A stretch of DNA of 64,000 bases from Chloroflexota bacterium (GCA_016209205.1 JACQWQ010000042.1:13917-77916), one strand, 5' to 3'; counted from the first letter of the stretch, positions 25,264 through 35,607 are shown. Numbers and translations: made by a program. Notes: generated by a model not told the origin, from the letters alone.

Positions 25264-26334
25264 CTAACCCTTGACTTTGTTGATTGGAATCACGCGAATG
25301 CCCCACCCCGGCTCTACTTCAAAACTCACGATGTTGCCGGTCGTTTGTTCTGCGCCGCGCACTTTGGTCACTTCAAGCGTTTTCACCAATTTGTTGCCGA
25401 CTTCTTCGGTGCGCAGCTGCAAATGCGCGTCACACAAGGAACGGATGCGCGTGAGCAATTCGCGCGTCAGCCCGTGCGAATGCACGATTGCAATCACCGT
25501 CGTGCCATCGCCGCACAAACGTTTGCCCTCTTCAAAAAAACCGAGCACTTCTTTGTCCGACGATTGCGGAATGGAAGAGGTCAGCGAATCAATGAAAATC
25601 ATATTGCGCCCTTTTTCGCGTTTCATCGCGTTGATGAGCACCGTCGGCGCATGTTTGCCTAGCCGCGATGTTTCAATCGGATAAATGTGCAAATGGTCGA
25701 GCAGCAAATAATCCAAAATGTCGAGATTGAGAGAGCGCATTTGTTTGACCAAACTCTTGACCGAGTTTTCACTTGTAAAGAGGGAGAGTTTGTACCCATC
25801 CATCAAACAGCCGTGCATCATTTGCTGCGCGAGCACTGATTTTCCCGCGCCCGAATCGCCTTCGATAAGCGTGAGCGACCCCATGGGCACACCGCCGCCC
25901 ATCTTGTTGTCGAGATCGGGATTGCCGGTCGAAATCAGTTTCGCATTGTCGTCTTCCGGGCTGATGAGCAGCGGCTTGACTTTGCTGATGAGTTCGACGG
26001 GGTTGAACGGCTTGATGAGATAATCATCCACCGCCGATTTTGGTCCAATCTCGAGATTTTCAAGTTGATTCTCGTCGGCAATCATCAAAATGCGCTCATG
26101 GCTCGTCGCGGGATCTTTGTGCAGTGTTTTGGCAATGTCGTTACCCTTGGCGGTGGGCAGTTTGAAATCGAGAATCACCAGATTGGGTTGTTCACGACGC
26201 GCCAGCATCAGACCTTCTTTGCCATCAGCCGCCGCGAGAACGGTATAGCCGTCCTCTTCCAACGGATATTTGAGGAGCTGTACGAGTTGTGCGTCGCCTT
26301 CGATCAACAAAATCTTTTTAGTTTTGCCAGCCAT
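25264..26334 (-). CDS. arlH: Receiver domain fused to ArlH (FlaH, KaiC-like ATPase)
   Basis: N-terminal ~125 aa REC (LLIEGD, LVILDFKLP, DDYLIKPF), then ISTGNPDLDNKMGGGVP, GDSGAGKS, IFIDSLT, RIRSLCDAHLQL, LEVTKVRGA, FEVEPGWGI. Confidence 0.9.
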   Translation of the reverse strand: MAGKTKKILLIEGDAQLVQLLKYPLEEDGYTVLAAADGKEGLMLARREQPNLVILDFKLPTAKGNDIAKTLHKDPATSHERILMIADENQLENLEIGPKSAVDDYLIKPFNPVELISKVKPLLISPEDDNAKLISTGNPDLDNKMGGGVPMGSLTLIEGDSGAGKSVLAQQMMHGCLMDGYKLSLFTSENSVKSLVKQMRSLNLDILDYLLLDHLHIYPIETSRLGKHAPTVLINAMKREKGRNMIFIDSLTSSIPQSSDKEVLGFFEEGKRLCGDGTTVIAIVHSHGLTRELLTRIRSLCDAHLQLRTEEVGNKLVKTLEVTKVRGAEQTTGNIVSFEVEPGWGIRVIPINKVKG

Positions 26335-26361
26335 ACGCGTTCTATCCTCTAGCGCAAATTC

Positions 26362-26772
26362 CTACTCCCCTTGCGGACGCGGCGGTGTATTGACCCACTG
26401 CGCGATTTTTTTCAAAATCAATTCTTGCAACTCTTCGACCTCATTTCCCGAACGCAGCAAAAACGCATTCGCCCCGGCAGGCAAAAATTCGCGGTCGGTA
26501 TTCGGCATGTTGCTGACGCCAATGATCAAAGCATCCGGCTTTTTCTCGCGAATCAGCTTGACGCCTTGCACCCCGTTCAAATGGTGCCCCAAATCTTTGT
26601 ACACCACGAACACGTCATAATGGAGCTCGGTCAACATCAAATCTTCGATGCAGCTGTAATCCGTCACCATCGAGTGCAAACGCCGGTGCAGGGCGCGCGC
26701 CAAGATTTCACGCGCCGCATGATCTTTGTGTATTAACGCAATTTGAAACATCTCACTGACTCCCTCATCCAA
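26362..26772 (-). CDS. Atypical (pseudo-)receiver protein
   Basis: REC fold pattern (YDVFVVYKDL...NGVQGVKLIRE..PDALIIGVS...AGANAFL) lacking the acidic pocket and the conserved Lys. Confidence 0.6.
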   Translation of the reverse strand: MDEGVSEMFQIALIHKDHAAREILARALHRRLHSMVTDYSCIEDLMLTELHYDVFVVYKDLGHHLNGVQGVKLIREKKPDALIIGVSNMPNTDREFLPAGANAFLLRSGNEVEELQELILKKIAQWVNTPPRPQGE

Positions 26773-27190
26773 TCCCCGATGCCCACAGCACCGCTTTGAC
26801 GCGCTGCACCAAATCTCTGGCTTTGACGGGCTTGGTTAAAAATTCCAGCGCGCCCGAATCAAAACCACGCAGCCGGTCCTTGACGCGCCCCGCAAATTTC
26901 CATGCCTCGTCGGTTTGCTTGTTCACATCGCCTTTTGCCGTCAACATCAACACGCCGATATTTTCCGTCGCGGGATTCGCTTTCAGGTGCCGACACACTT
27001 CGTACCCGTCAATATCCGGCATCATGATGTCGAGAATGATGAGGTCGGGGCGCATTTCTGCCGCGCGTTTCAAACCATCCTGCCCGTCATACGCCACCTC
27101 GACCTCATATCCTTCCTTTTTCAACACCGCCGCAATGATCGTCACGGTCGGGCGATCATCATCCACACACAAAATCCTGGCTTTTGCCAT
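26765..27190 (-). CDS. Single-domain response regulator (CheY-like)
   Basis: ILCVDDD, LIILDIMMP, MLTAKG, FLTKPV; extra residues after beta4. Confidence 0.9.
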   Translation of the reverse strand: MAKARILCVDDDRPTVTIIAAVLKKEGYEVEVAYDGQDGLKRAAEMRPDLIILDIMMPDIDGYEVCRHLKANPATENIGVLMLTAKGDVNKQTDEAWKFAGRVKDRLRGFDSGALEFLTKPVKARDLVQRVKAVLWASGIG

Positions 27191-29165
27191 TCGCCGCCTC
27201 CTGCGCGCGTACCTCCCAGCCCGGCGTTGCATAAAACGTGAGCACACGCTGAATTTCCTTAACCAACTGCTGCGCCAGCGCGGGCGCGTCCTGGGTTTGT
27301 CCCTTCTCCGCCAAACTTTCTAATGCTTGCCCACACTCGCGCGCGGTCGTGCCCCCCAAATTGCTCATGATCCCTTTCAGTCGGTGCGCTTGCGCTTCAA
27401 TTCGTTTCGCGTCCTTTGCCGCCAACGCATCCTGCAAGCTGTCAATTTGTGTTGGAACTTCTTGGAGCGTCAAATCCACCGCCGCGCGCAAAATATCCAC
27501 ATCGCCGCCGACGACCTCGAGCGCCTCGTGCAAATCCACCGGGCAGGTGTCCGCCTTGGTCCCGCAGGAGTTGTTGTGGACATCGTTGGCGCAGGAGTTG
27601 TACTCTGGCGTCCGCGCCATCAATTCGTCCAGCGCGCGATTCAACTCGTCAATGCGCACCGGCTTGGTCACGTAACCATCCATGCCCGCGCGCGCGCATT
27701 TTTCGCGATATTCTTGTGTCGCAAACGCCGTCATTGCAATCACCAACAAATGTCCGCCCAAAGTTTTTTCGCGTTCACGAATCGCGCGGGTCGCATCCAG
27801 CCCGTCCATTTCGGGCATCGAAATATCCATCAAGACCAAATCGAATGGTTGGCTTTGCGCGCGTGACGCTTCAAAAGCTTTGACGGCTTCTGCGCCGTTC
27901 ACCGCGAGCGTAACCGTGTGTCCCGCTTTCGAGAGCGACGAGCGCGCAATCAGTTGGTTCGTCGGGCTGTCCTCGGCGACCAAAATCCTGAGCGCACTAG
28001 CAAGTGTGCGCGCAGCAGGTTGCGGCTGCGCCTGCGCGCTGGTTTGGCGGTTGAACGGCAGCGTAATGAGGAACGCGCTGCCCTGCCCCGACGCGCTGGT
28101 CACGGTAATTTGCCCTTGCATAAATGTGACGAGCTGCTTTGCGAGCGCAAGCCCCATACCGCCTCCGCCGAAACGTCGCGTCGAAGAAGTATCTGCCTGC
28201 TGAAACGGCTCAAAGATGGTCTCGATTTTTTCTGCGGGAATGCCGATGCTTGTATCACGCACACGAATCTGTAGTTCTACTGCATCGTCGCTTATTTTCG
28301 CTGCACTCACGTCAATCGTAATTTCGCCGCGTTCCGTAAATTTGTACGCATTATCCGTGAGGTTCGTCAATACCTGCCGCAGCCGCTTCGCGTCGCCGAT
28401 CAACGCGGTCGGTGTGCCGACCGCGATTTGGGCGCTAAAGCCGAGACCCTTTTCCTGCGCGCGCGGTTTGACGATGTCGCTGCAGCGCTGCAAGGGTTCC
28501 TCCAAGTCAAAGGGTTTGTGCTCGAGGGTCAGCTGCCCGGCTTGAATTTCCGAAAATTCAATAACGTCGCCAATCAAGCTCCGCAAAGTGTTGGACGATG
28601 CTTTGATCGTATTGAGGAAACTCAGCTGTTCCTGCGCCAACAGCGTGCCCGCTAACAGTTCGGACATGCCCACGATTTCGTGCAGCGGCGTGCGCAGCTC
28701 GTGGCTCATGTTTGCCAACAGCTCGCTCCGCGCGCGTTTCGCGTCCGCGAGTTCGCGCTGTGAATCGTCGAGCGCAGGCGTATCGGTTGGCTCGGGGTGA
28801 CCGCGCCCGTTCGACCACTCTTGCACCTTCGCCATCAACGCTTGCGGGGCAATCGGAGCAGACAGAAAACAATCCACGCGTTCGCCCGAAGGCAACTGCG
28901 CCAATTCGTCCGCGCTGCCGAGCATGACAACCGGAATGCGGTTCGTTTTTGGATCGAGTTTTAGTTTGCCGTACGTTTCATAACCGTTCACGCCGTGCAG
29001 GATCGTGTCGAGCAAAATCAAATCGGGCGGATCGCTTGCCGCCTGCTGCAAGCCCGCCGCGCCGTCGGTCGTCACGCGCACGCGGAAACCCGCTTGCTCC
29101 AAAATCAGGCGCGTGCGTAGTGCTTCCGTGCGGCTATCGCGAATGACAAGAATCTTGGTGCTCAT
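27159..29165 (-). CDS. Cytoplasmic hybrid histidine kinase (REC-HisKA-HATPase-REC-HPt)
   Basis: ANMSHELRTPL, QVLTNLTDNAYKFT, GMGLAL, LVAEDS...LMDISMP...TKP, AHRLKG; no TM or sensor domain. Confidence 0.9.
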   Translation of the reverse strand: MSTKILVIRDSRTEALRTRLILEQAGFRVRVTTDGAAGLQQAASDPPDLILLDTILHGVNGYETYGKLKLDPKTNRIPVVMLGSADELAQLPSGERVDCFLSAPIAPQALMAKVQEWSNGRGHPEPTDTPALDDSQRELADAKRARSELLANMSHELRTPLHEIVGMSELLAGTLLAQEQLSFLNTIKASSNTLRSLIGDVIEFSEIQAGQLTLEHKPFDLEEPLQRCSDIVKPRAQEKGLGFSAQIAVGTPTALIGDAKRLRQVLTNLTDNAYKFTERGEITIDVSAAKISDDAVELQIRVRDTSIGIPAEKIETIFEPFQQADTSSTRRFGGGGMGLALAKQLVTFMQGQITVTSASGQGSAFLITLPFNRQTSAQAQPQPAARTLASALRILVAEDSPTNQLIARSSLSKAGHTVTLAVNGAEAVKAFEASRAQSQPFDLVLMDISMPEMDGLDATRAIREREKTLGGHLLVIAMTAFATQEYREKCARAGMDGYVTKPVRIDELNRALDELMARTPEYNSCANDVHNNSCGTKADTCPVDLHEALEVVGGDVDILRAAVDLTLQEVPTQIDSLQDALAAKDAKRIEAQAHRLKGIMSNLGGTTARECGQALESLAEKGQTQDAPALAQQLVKEIQRVLTFYATPGWEVRAQEAANGKSQDFVCG

Positions 29166-29186
29166 GACCGCGCCCTTTCGACAACT

Positions 29187-29606
29187 TTATTGAGACGACG
29201 CACGCACGCGCACTTGCGCCACGGCGCGCACTTTGGTCACCAATTCGCTGCGAATCACTTGCATGCCTGAACCATTCAGTCCGCTCGGCTTTTGCACGAT
29301 TTCTAACGCGCCCGCGAGCAAGATATCGAGCCCGCGATGAACCAATTCTTGCTGCGACACGCTAGTGACAACGACGATCGGTGTCGGATTCATCCGCATA
29401 ATTTGTCGCGTCGCATCGTAGCCGTCCATATTCGGCATGTGAATGTCCATCGTGATCACGTCGGGCTTGAGCCCGGCCGCCAACGCCACCGCTTCAAGCC
29501 CGTCACATGCTTGACCGATTACTTGTATTTCCGGATCCGTCTCCAACATCGCGACAATGGCTTGACGCGTCGTCGGCGAGTCATCTACGACCAATACCCG
29601 AATCAT
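29187..29606 (-). CDS. Stand-alone CheB-type receiver domain protein (139 aa)
   Basis: MIRVLVVDDSPTTRQ...KPDVITMDIHMP...VQKP closely resembles the N-terminus of the adjacent CheB; start overlaps the cheB stop. Confidence 0.85.
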   Translation of the reverse strand: MIRVLVVDDSPTTRQAIVAMLETDPEIQVIGQACDGLEAVALAAGLKPDVITMDIHMPNMDGYDATRQIMRMNPTPIVVVTSVSQQELVHRGLDILLAGALEIVQKPSGLNGSGMQVIRSELVTKVRAVAQVRVRASSQ

Positions 29607-30655
29607 TGTGCCAACTCCTTGACCATTCCGCAGATCATTGGGGCGATGCGTTCGAGGCGGGCGACGTGCAGCGCCGCGCCCAGTTTGATAGCTTCGTTCG
29701 GCATCCCGAAAACGACGCAACTCGATTCGTCTTGGGCAATCGTGAGCGCGCCCGCGCGTCGCATCGCCAACAAGCCCGCTGCGCCATCCGCGCCCATCCC
29801 GGTCAACAGCGCGCCCAACGCCGCTGCGCCGTACGAATCGGCGACAGATTGAAACATGACATTCACGGCAGGGCGGTGTCCGCAGAACGGTGCTTGGTTC
29901 GTCAAACGCAAACGTCCAAAATGCTCCACGCGCAAATGCACGTCGTCGGGCGCGAGATAAATGTGTCCCGCTTCTATGCGCTCCCCGTGCTTGGCAATGC
30001 ACACCCGCAATCCACACGCGTCGTCCAGCCAACTGGCAAGCCCATCAATAAACCCAAATGAAATATGCTGTGTGATGACAATCGGCAGCGGAAAGGTGGA
30101 AGGCAGCGCGCCCAACAAAACGCGGAGCGCCGCAGGTCCGCCAGTAGATGCGCCAATCGCGAGCACTTGGGGACTGACCCGCGTCGTGTTGCGCGCGACA
30201 GCGGGCGGTGCGAGGTTGACACTCACCGCGTTCGCGCTTTTGGTTCGATGGATCACTTTGATTGCACTCATCGCTTTTACTTGGCGCACCAGTTGTGCGG
30301 CAAAACTTTTGTATGCGGGATCGGTAAATCCAGCAGGACGCTGCAAGACTGCCACTGCGCCCAATTGCTTGGCTTGCGTCGAGAGCTCCGTTTCGCGTTC
30401 CAAATCCAAGCCGGTCACGATCACAACAGGCACCGGGTGCGCCGCCATAATTTCACGCAGCGCTGCCAGACCGTCCATGCGCGGCATTTGCACATCCATC
30501 GTGATTACATCGGGCTTGCAGCGTTCCGCCAGCGCCAACGCCTCGATGCCGTTCCCCGCCTCACCGACCACTTGCAGTTCCGGGTCGCTTTCCAAGATGA
30601 ATTTTGTGCTTTGCCGCACCACGGCGGAATCGTCAACCACCAAAATGCGAATCAT
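29603..30655 (-). CDS. cheB: Chemotaxis methylesterase CheB (REC + esterase)
   Basis: IGASTGGP, TQHISFGF, HRPAVNVMF, LTGMGADGA, VFGMP; Ser-His-Asp triad present. Confidence 0.95.
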   Translation of the reverse strand: MIRILVVDDSAVVRQSTKFILESDPELQVVGEAGNGIEALALAERCKPDVITMDVQMPRMDGLAALREIMAAHPVPVVIVTGLDLERETELSTQAKQLGAVAVLQRPAGFTDPAYKSFAAQLVRQVKAMSAIKVIHRTKSANAVSVNLAPPAVARNTTRVSPQVLAIGASTGGPAALRVLLGALPSTFPLPIVITQHISFGFIDGLASWLDDACGLRVCIAKHGERIEAGHIYLAPDDVHLRVEHFGRLRLTNQAPFCGHRPAVNVMFQSVADSYGAAALGALLTGMGADGAAGLLAMRRAGALTIAQDESSCVVFGMPNEAIKLGAALHVARLERIAPMICGMVKELAQ

Positions 30656-30661
30656 AAAACA

Positions 30662-30731
30662 AAGGATGAAGGCGGAAGGATGAAGGCAGAAGGATTGCAA
30701 TGTTTCTTGTTGCTTCATCCTTCATCCTTCA
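30662..30731. repeat. Inverted heptamer repeats (GGATGAA / TTCATCC)
   Basis: Directly visible at the cheA-cheB junction. Confidence 0.85.
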
Positions 30732-33062
30732 AATGAGTTGTTCAATCGTTTGTAACAAGTTCGATTGGTCGAAATTGCTCTTGACCAGATACGCATCCGC
30801 GCCCACTTCCATCCCGCGCTCTTTGTCGGCGCGCGAATCGAGCGACGTAACCAACACGACCGGAATCTTTTTCAGCTTCACATCTTTTTTCACCATTTGC
30901 GTCAGTTGCAAACCGTCCATGCCCGGCATCAATACGTCCGAAACAATAATGTCGAAATTGCCGTTGGCGTTCAACACGTTCAACGCCTCGCGCCCATCGG
31001 TGGCGAGGGAGACTTTATAGCCCGCAGTTTCGAGGATGTTTTTCTCGAGCGTACGCGTGCTCAGCGAATCGTCCACGACCAACACGCGGCGCTCTTTTTT
31101 CGCCTTGGGTTTGCTCGACGCGGCGGTCTTGACTTCGCCGGAACGCGTTTCAGCGCCACGCGCCGTTTTCATCAAGTCAGACGGATTCAACGTCATAATG
31201 ACCTGTCCCGAACCGAGAATCGTCGCACCCGCGATGTTGCGCACGCGCGCCAGCTGCTTGCCCAAACTCTTGACGACCGTTTCTTGCTGACCGATTACGT
31301 CGTCCACCATAAAGGCAATGCGTTTGCGCACCGAACCGAGAAGAACGACCGGCAGCTTGCCATCCGCGTCAACATGCTGTTCCGATTCTTTCATTTCCAG
31401 GATCTGGGCGAGCCGCACGACGGACACCGGCTCGCCATTCACCAAAATCGCGCGTCGCCCCGAGACCATCGCCACGTCTTTTTGCAAGACGCGCTCGATG
31501 CGCTCGACCGCAGAGATCGGAATGCCAAAGGTTTGATCGCCGACCTGAACCAACAACTGATGCGTCGTCGCGAGCGTGAGCGGCAGCGTGAGCGTGAATG
31601 TCGTGCCGCTTCCCACGGTGGATTCGACATTGACTTGGCCGTGCAGCGCTTCGACGTTTTGCCGCACCACGTCCATGCCCACGCCGCGTCCGGAAATTCC
31701 TGTCACTATCGCTTTGGTGGAAAGACCCGATGCAAAAATCAAACGCAGCGTTTCTTCTTCACTCAGCCGTTCGGCGTCCTCTGCCGAAAGCAGCTGACGG
31801 TCTACCGCGGCGCGTTTGACTTGACGGCAGTTGATGCCCCCGCCGTCGTCCGCGACTTGAATGATGATGTTGTTGCCTTTTTGAAACGCTTTGACGGAAA
31901 TCGCGCCGGTGCGCGGTTTGCTTGCGGCGACGCGTTCTTCCGGCGTTTCCATGCCGTGATCTACCGCATTGCGCAACAGCTGAATCAATGGGTCTTTGAT
32001 TTCTTCCAGAACTTGACGGTCGAGTTCCGTCTCGCCGCCTTCCAAAACCAATTCCACTTCTTTGCCTTGCCCGCGCGCCAGATCGCGCACCAGCCGCGGG
32101 AAGGCGTCGAACAGCGAACTGACCGGCAGCATCCGCACCTTCATCACACCTTCGCCTACCTCGCTCGCCACGCGCGCGAGGTGCAGCGCATCGCTGGAAA
32201 AACCGCGTTTGAGGTCGCCCATGTTCGCCGAGAGCGTGCGTAAACTCTCTTGGTTCTCTTCGAGCAACTTTAACAGGGTTTGCACGGCGCCGTCGTCGCT
32301 CGAGGGCGCGAGATTCGATTTTGCCGCGCGGATCTTGAGCCACTTGCGATTGATTTCTTCGAGCGCGGCGCTCATCGCTTCGACCTGTTTCAGACGCTGG
32401 TCAATTTTCAAACCGGCCACCAGCAGTTCGCCCGCTTGCGTCATCAACGCGTCCACTTTGGTCGTAGACACGCGAATCGTGTCGCGTGCGCCACCGTCGA
32501 GCGTTGACATTTTAACGCGCGGCGCTTGCGGTGCGGGCGCGGCAGCGGGCGCGGTGACCTGCCGCAAGGGTTCTGTCGGAGCGGGCGGAGGCGTCGGAGC
32601 GACGGGCGCTGGCGCCAGCCCGAGTTCCGGATCGACGCGCTCTAATGCGGTGACGTTACCGTGTTCCGCCGCTTCGAGGCGCGCGTGCAGCGCGTCGAGG
32701 TCAATGCCGTGCGGCTGTTCTTGAAACGTCGCTTCGACGATTACTGTAATCGCATCCACGGTGGCGTACAACAAATCAAAGAGTTCGCGTGTCAGCGCGA
32801 GCTTGGCCGCCTTGGCGACGCCGAACACGGTTTCCAATTTGTGTGCCACGCGTTCCACATCGCCAAAATCGCTCGCGCCCGCCGCGCCTTTCAAGCTGTG
32901 CGCTTCACGAAACACTTCTTTGATGAGTTTGGCTTGATCCTGCGCCGACGGATTTTGCTCCAACGCCAACAACAGGCGATTTAACGCCTGGATATGTTCG
33001 GCTGCTTCGATCTTGAAAGTCTCGCGCAGCTGCCGCATGAGGTTGTCATCCAAATCAAACAT
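30729..33062 (-). CDS. cheA: CheA hybrid kinase (HPt, dimerization, HATPase, CheW, REC)
   Basis: FREAHSLKGAAG, LLRNAVDHG, DDGGGI, SGRGVGMDVV, GTTFTLTLP, and a C-terminal REC (VDDS, SDVLMP). Confidence 0.95.
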   Translation of the reverse strand: MFDLDDNLMRQLRETFKIEAAEHIQALNRLLLALEQNPSAQDQAKLIKEVFREAHSLKGAAGASDFGDVERVAHKLETVFGVAKAAKLALTRELFDLLYATVDAITVIVEATFQEQPHGIDLDALHARLEAAEHGNVTALERVDPELGLAPAPVAPTPPPAPTEPLRQVTAPAAAPAPQAPRVKMSTLDGGARDTIRVSTTKVDALMTQAGELLVAGLKIDQRLKQVEAMSAALEEINRKWLKIRAAKSNLAPSSDDGAVQTLLKLLEENQESLRTLSANMGDLKRGFSSDALHLARVASEVGEGVMKVRMLPVSSLFDAFPRLVRDLARGQGKEVELVLEGGETELDRQVLEEIKDPLIQLLRNAVDHGMETPEERVAASKPRTGAISVKAFQKGNNIIIQVADDGGGINCRQVKRAAVDRQLLSAEDAERLSEEETLRLIFASGLSTKAIVTGISGRGVGMDVVRQNVEALHGQVNVESTVGSGTTFTLTLPLTLATTHQLLVQVGDQTFGIPISAVERIERVLQKDVAMVSGRRAILVNGEPVSVVRLAQILEMKESEQHVDADGKLPVVLLGSVRKRIAFMVDDVIGQQETVVKSLGKQLARVRNIAGATILGSGQVIMTLNPSDLMKTARGAETRSGEVKTAASSKPKAKKERRVLVVDDSLSTRTLEKNILETAGYKVSLATDGREALNVLNANGNFDIIVSDVLMPGMDGLQLTQMVKKDVKLKKIPVVLVTSLDSRADKERGMEVGADAYLVKSNFDQSNLLQTIEQLI

Positions 33063-33094
33063 AGACGCTCTTCCATTAACGAATGAATTCGTTA

Positions 33095-35116
33095 CTACAT
33101 CCGATATTGTGCGACAGCACTCTTGAGATTCCCGGCGAGTTCGCTCAAATCTTGCGCCGCTCTCTGCGATTGGGTCGCCCCCGCTGCCGTCTGCTGCGCC
33201 GCACTGTTGATGTCGTTCATCCCGATCACAATCTGATCCAACCCAATCGTCTGCTGCTCCACCCCCGCCACAATTTGCTGCGCCGCCGTCGCCGATTGCT
33301 CCACCACCTCCGCCAACTGTCCAATCGTCTCCGCCGTCCGCTGCACCTGCTCCCGCCCCGCACTCACACCCTTCGTCCCTTGCTCCGTCGCCATCACCGC
33401 CAGATTCGTCGCCTTTTGGATGTCCCCCAAGATCACTTTCACCTGCGCCGCCGCTTGCCGCGATTGCTCCGCCAGCGAGCGCACTTCGTCCGCCACCACC
33501 CGAAAACCCTTGCCCGCTTCGCCCGCTTGCGCCGCCTCGATGGCGGCATTCAGCGCCAGAATGTTCGACTGTCCCGCAATGTCCGTGACGGTATCAATGA
33601 TTTCGCCGATCTGCTGCGTCTGTTCCGACAACGCCAGAATGTTTTCCGCAATCGCCTCCACTTTGGCGCGAATGTCTTCCATAGATTCAAGCGAAGTATT
33701 CGCCGCCGCGCTGCCTTGCTGCGCCACCTGCACCGCACGGTTCGCGCTTTCGGCGACGCCCTGGGCGCGCTGCGCCACTTGTTCCGCCGACGATTTGATT
33801 TCGCGGACGGTGGTGGTGACTTGATTGACGGCGCTGGCTTGTTCGCGGGTGCTCGCCGCCATCTGCGTGGACGAGGCAAGAATTTGCGAACTCGCCGAGA
33901 TGATGTTATTCGCGGACGATTGCGACGCCCCGGCGATGTTGCGCAAGCCGCCCAGCATCGTTTCGATGCTCTGCCGCAAGTTCTGGTAATCGCCCTTGTA
34001 GTGTCCGTTCAGTTTGACCGCAAGTTCGCCGCGTGCGATTTCGCCGAGCGCCTGCTGCGTTTCGTTGACAGGCGCAATCACCGCGTCGAGGGTGTCGTTC
34101 ATGTCTTGCACGATGTCGCGATAGCCGCCCTGAAATTTGGACGCGTCGCTGCGGGTGGCGAGTTTGCCGTCTACGGCGGCGCGGGTGAGCACCTTGGATT
34201 CAGCAACGAGACCGCGCAGCGCTTCAGTCGTCGCTTTGAGCGCGGGCGAGATTTCGTCTTGCGCGTCTTTTACCGTCACGTCACTGCTCAAATCTCCCAC
34301 GGCGATTTTCTTGATCGTCGCGACGACGATGTTCTGCAAATCATCGGCGAAATGATCCATCGCGCGCGCCAGCGCGCCGATTTCATCCCGGCGTTCCATC
34401 TTCAAACGCATTCCCAAATGACCTTTTTCCATTTCCTGCATCATCTTGACGCCTTGCGCGAGTGGAGTGGTGATAAGGCGCGTGAGGAGGAAACCCGAAC
34501 CCAATGCGAGGAATAACGCAACGAGCACCGCCGCGACAAAAATGATGCGTGACTGGGTGCTTGTAGTGTCGAATTCCTTGTCTACTTGTTCGGCTTGTGC
34601 GACGTTCAGCTCGATCATATTCCCCAGCGCCGTGTCCATCGCTTTGCGCGCATTGGAAGCCGCGCCGCCATCCAACAGCGTCACAATCGCCTCTTGGTCT
34701 TTGCCAGCTTGAGTCTGCGCCAGAATCTCCGCGACCTCTCTTTGGTACGCCGCCCATGCCGCATCGAACTTGGCAAGTTCTGCCTTTTCTTCTTCCGATG
34801 TGTCCGTTACGCGATACTTTTGCACGAGTGCGTCAACGGAGCCGAGCGCGGTCGTGATCTTGTCTTTGAGCTTGCTCCGCTCAGCAGGAAGCAAAAGAAA
34901 CTTGTACACGTCACCGCGCAGCTCGTACGCCTTCGATTCTGCCATGCCCAAATGTTGGATGGGCAGCAGGTTTCCGTTGTACAGATCATCTTGCGCCTGA
35001 TGCATCGTATCCATCGTCGTAAATCCCAGGACTGCGACGACGACGATGACGCCCGCCACGAGCAAAAACCCGCCGATCAGTTTCACACTTAGTTTCACAT
35101 TATTCAACGTGTGCAT
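33095..35116 (-). CDS. Methyl-accepting chemotaxis protein (4HB sensor, two TMs, HAMPs, signalling domain)
   Basis: [36 protein letters not shown] hairpin tip; AGGGAG RBS before ATG 35116. Confidence 0.95.
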   Translation of the reverse strand: MHTLNNVKLSVKLIGGFLLVAGVIVVVAVLGFTTMDTMHQAQDDLYNGNLLPIQHLGMAESKAYELRGDVYKFLLLPAERSKLKDKITTALGSVDALVQKYRVTDTSEEEKAELAKFDAAWAAYQREVAEILAQTQAGKDQEAIVTLLDGGAASNARKAMDTALGNMIELNVAQAEQVDKEFDTTSTQSRIIFVAAVLVALFLALGSGFLLTRLITTPLAQGVKMMQEMEKGHLGMRLKMERRDEIGALARAMDHFADDLQNIVVATIKKIAVGDLSSDVTVKDAQDEISPALKATTEALRGLVAESKVLTRAAVDGKLATRSDASKFQGGYRDIVQDMNDTLDAVIAPVNETQQALGEIARGELAVKLNGHYKGDYQNLRQSIETMLGGLRNIAGASQSSANNIISASSQILASSTQMAASTREQASAVNQVTTTVREIKSSAEQVAQRAQGVAESANRAVQVAQQGSAAANTSLESMEDIRAKVEAIAENILALSEQTQQIGEIIDTVTDIAGQSNILALNAAIEAAQAGEAGKGFRVVADEVRSLAEQSRQAAAQVKVILGDIQKATNLAVMATEQGTKGVSAGREQVQRTAETIGQLAEVVEQSATAAQQIVAGVEQQTIGLDQIVIGMNDINSAAQQTAAGATQSQRAAQDLSELAGNLKSAVAQYRM

Positions 35117-35278
35117 TTTTACGCTCCCTGGTTTATCCAATGTTGGTAAATGAGTTGCACTCATTTACCCGCAAAGGGCGGAGTTGAACTCCGAAACCGT
35201 GCGGGCACAGCGGTCCAACTGCTGTGCCAACAATGCCAACCAAGCCCAACTGCCGTGCCAACCACATCTCTATATTTT

Positions 35279-35509
35279 TCAGAGGTGCGCGTCGTCGTCG
35301 TCGTGACCGGACGCTTTGAGAAATTGCTGTTGAAATTGGTTAAAAGTCAGATTGTGTCCCAACCGCTGCGGCAGATGCCGCGCCTTCCACCGCGCGCGCG
35401 GTGTCAAACTTTCCAGATAACGTGCTTGCGCTTCGGTGCAAACCACATTCAGTCGAGCGAGAATGACGCGATAGGCGTCATCGTATAAATCCACACTCAG
35501 GTTTGGCAT
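35279..35509 (-). CDS. Small hypothetical protein (76 aa) inside the che cluster
   Basis: GGAGGAGG RBS before ATG; co-oriented between cheW and mcp. Confidence 0.55.
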   Translation of the reverse strand: MPNLSVDLYDDAYRVILARLNVVCTEAQARYLESLTPRARWKARHLPQRLGHNLTFNQFQQQFLKASGHDDDDAHL

Positions 35510-35607
35510 ATTGCCCTCCTCCGTGCAAGTCCCTTCGTTCCAAAACCCGTTTTCTTTTTTGCTTCAACCGTACGCGATGCCTTTTCGGGAAAACGGGTTT
35601 TTGGACG

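Noticed and set aside
30765-34516. Long plus-strand ORFs (492 aa and 477 aa)
   Set aside because: Antisense shadows of cheA and the MCP, expected in GC-rich coding DNA.
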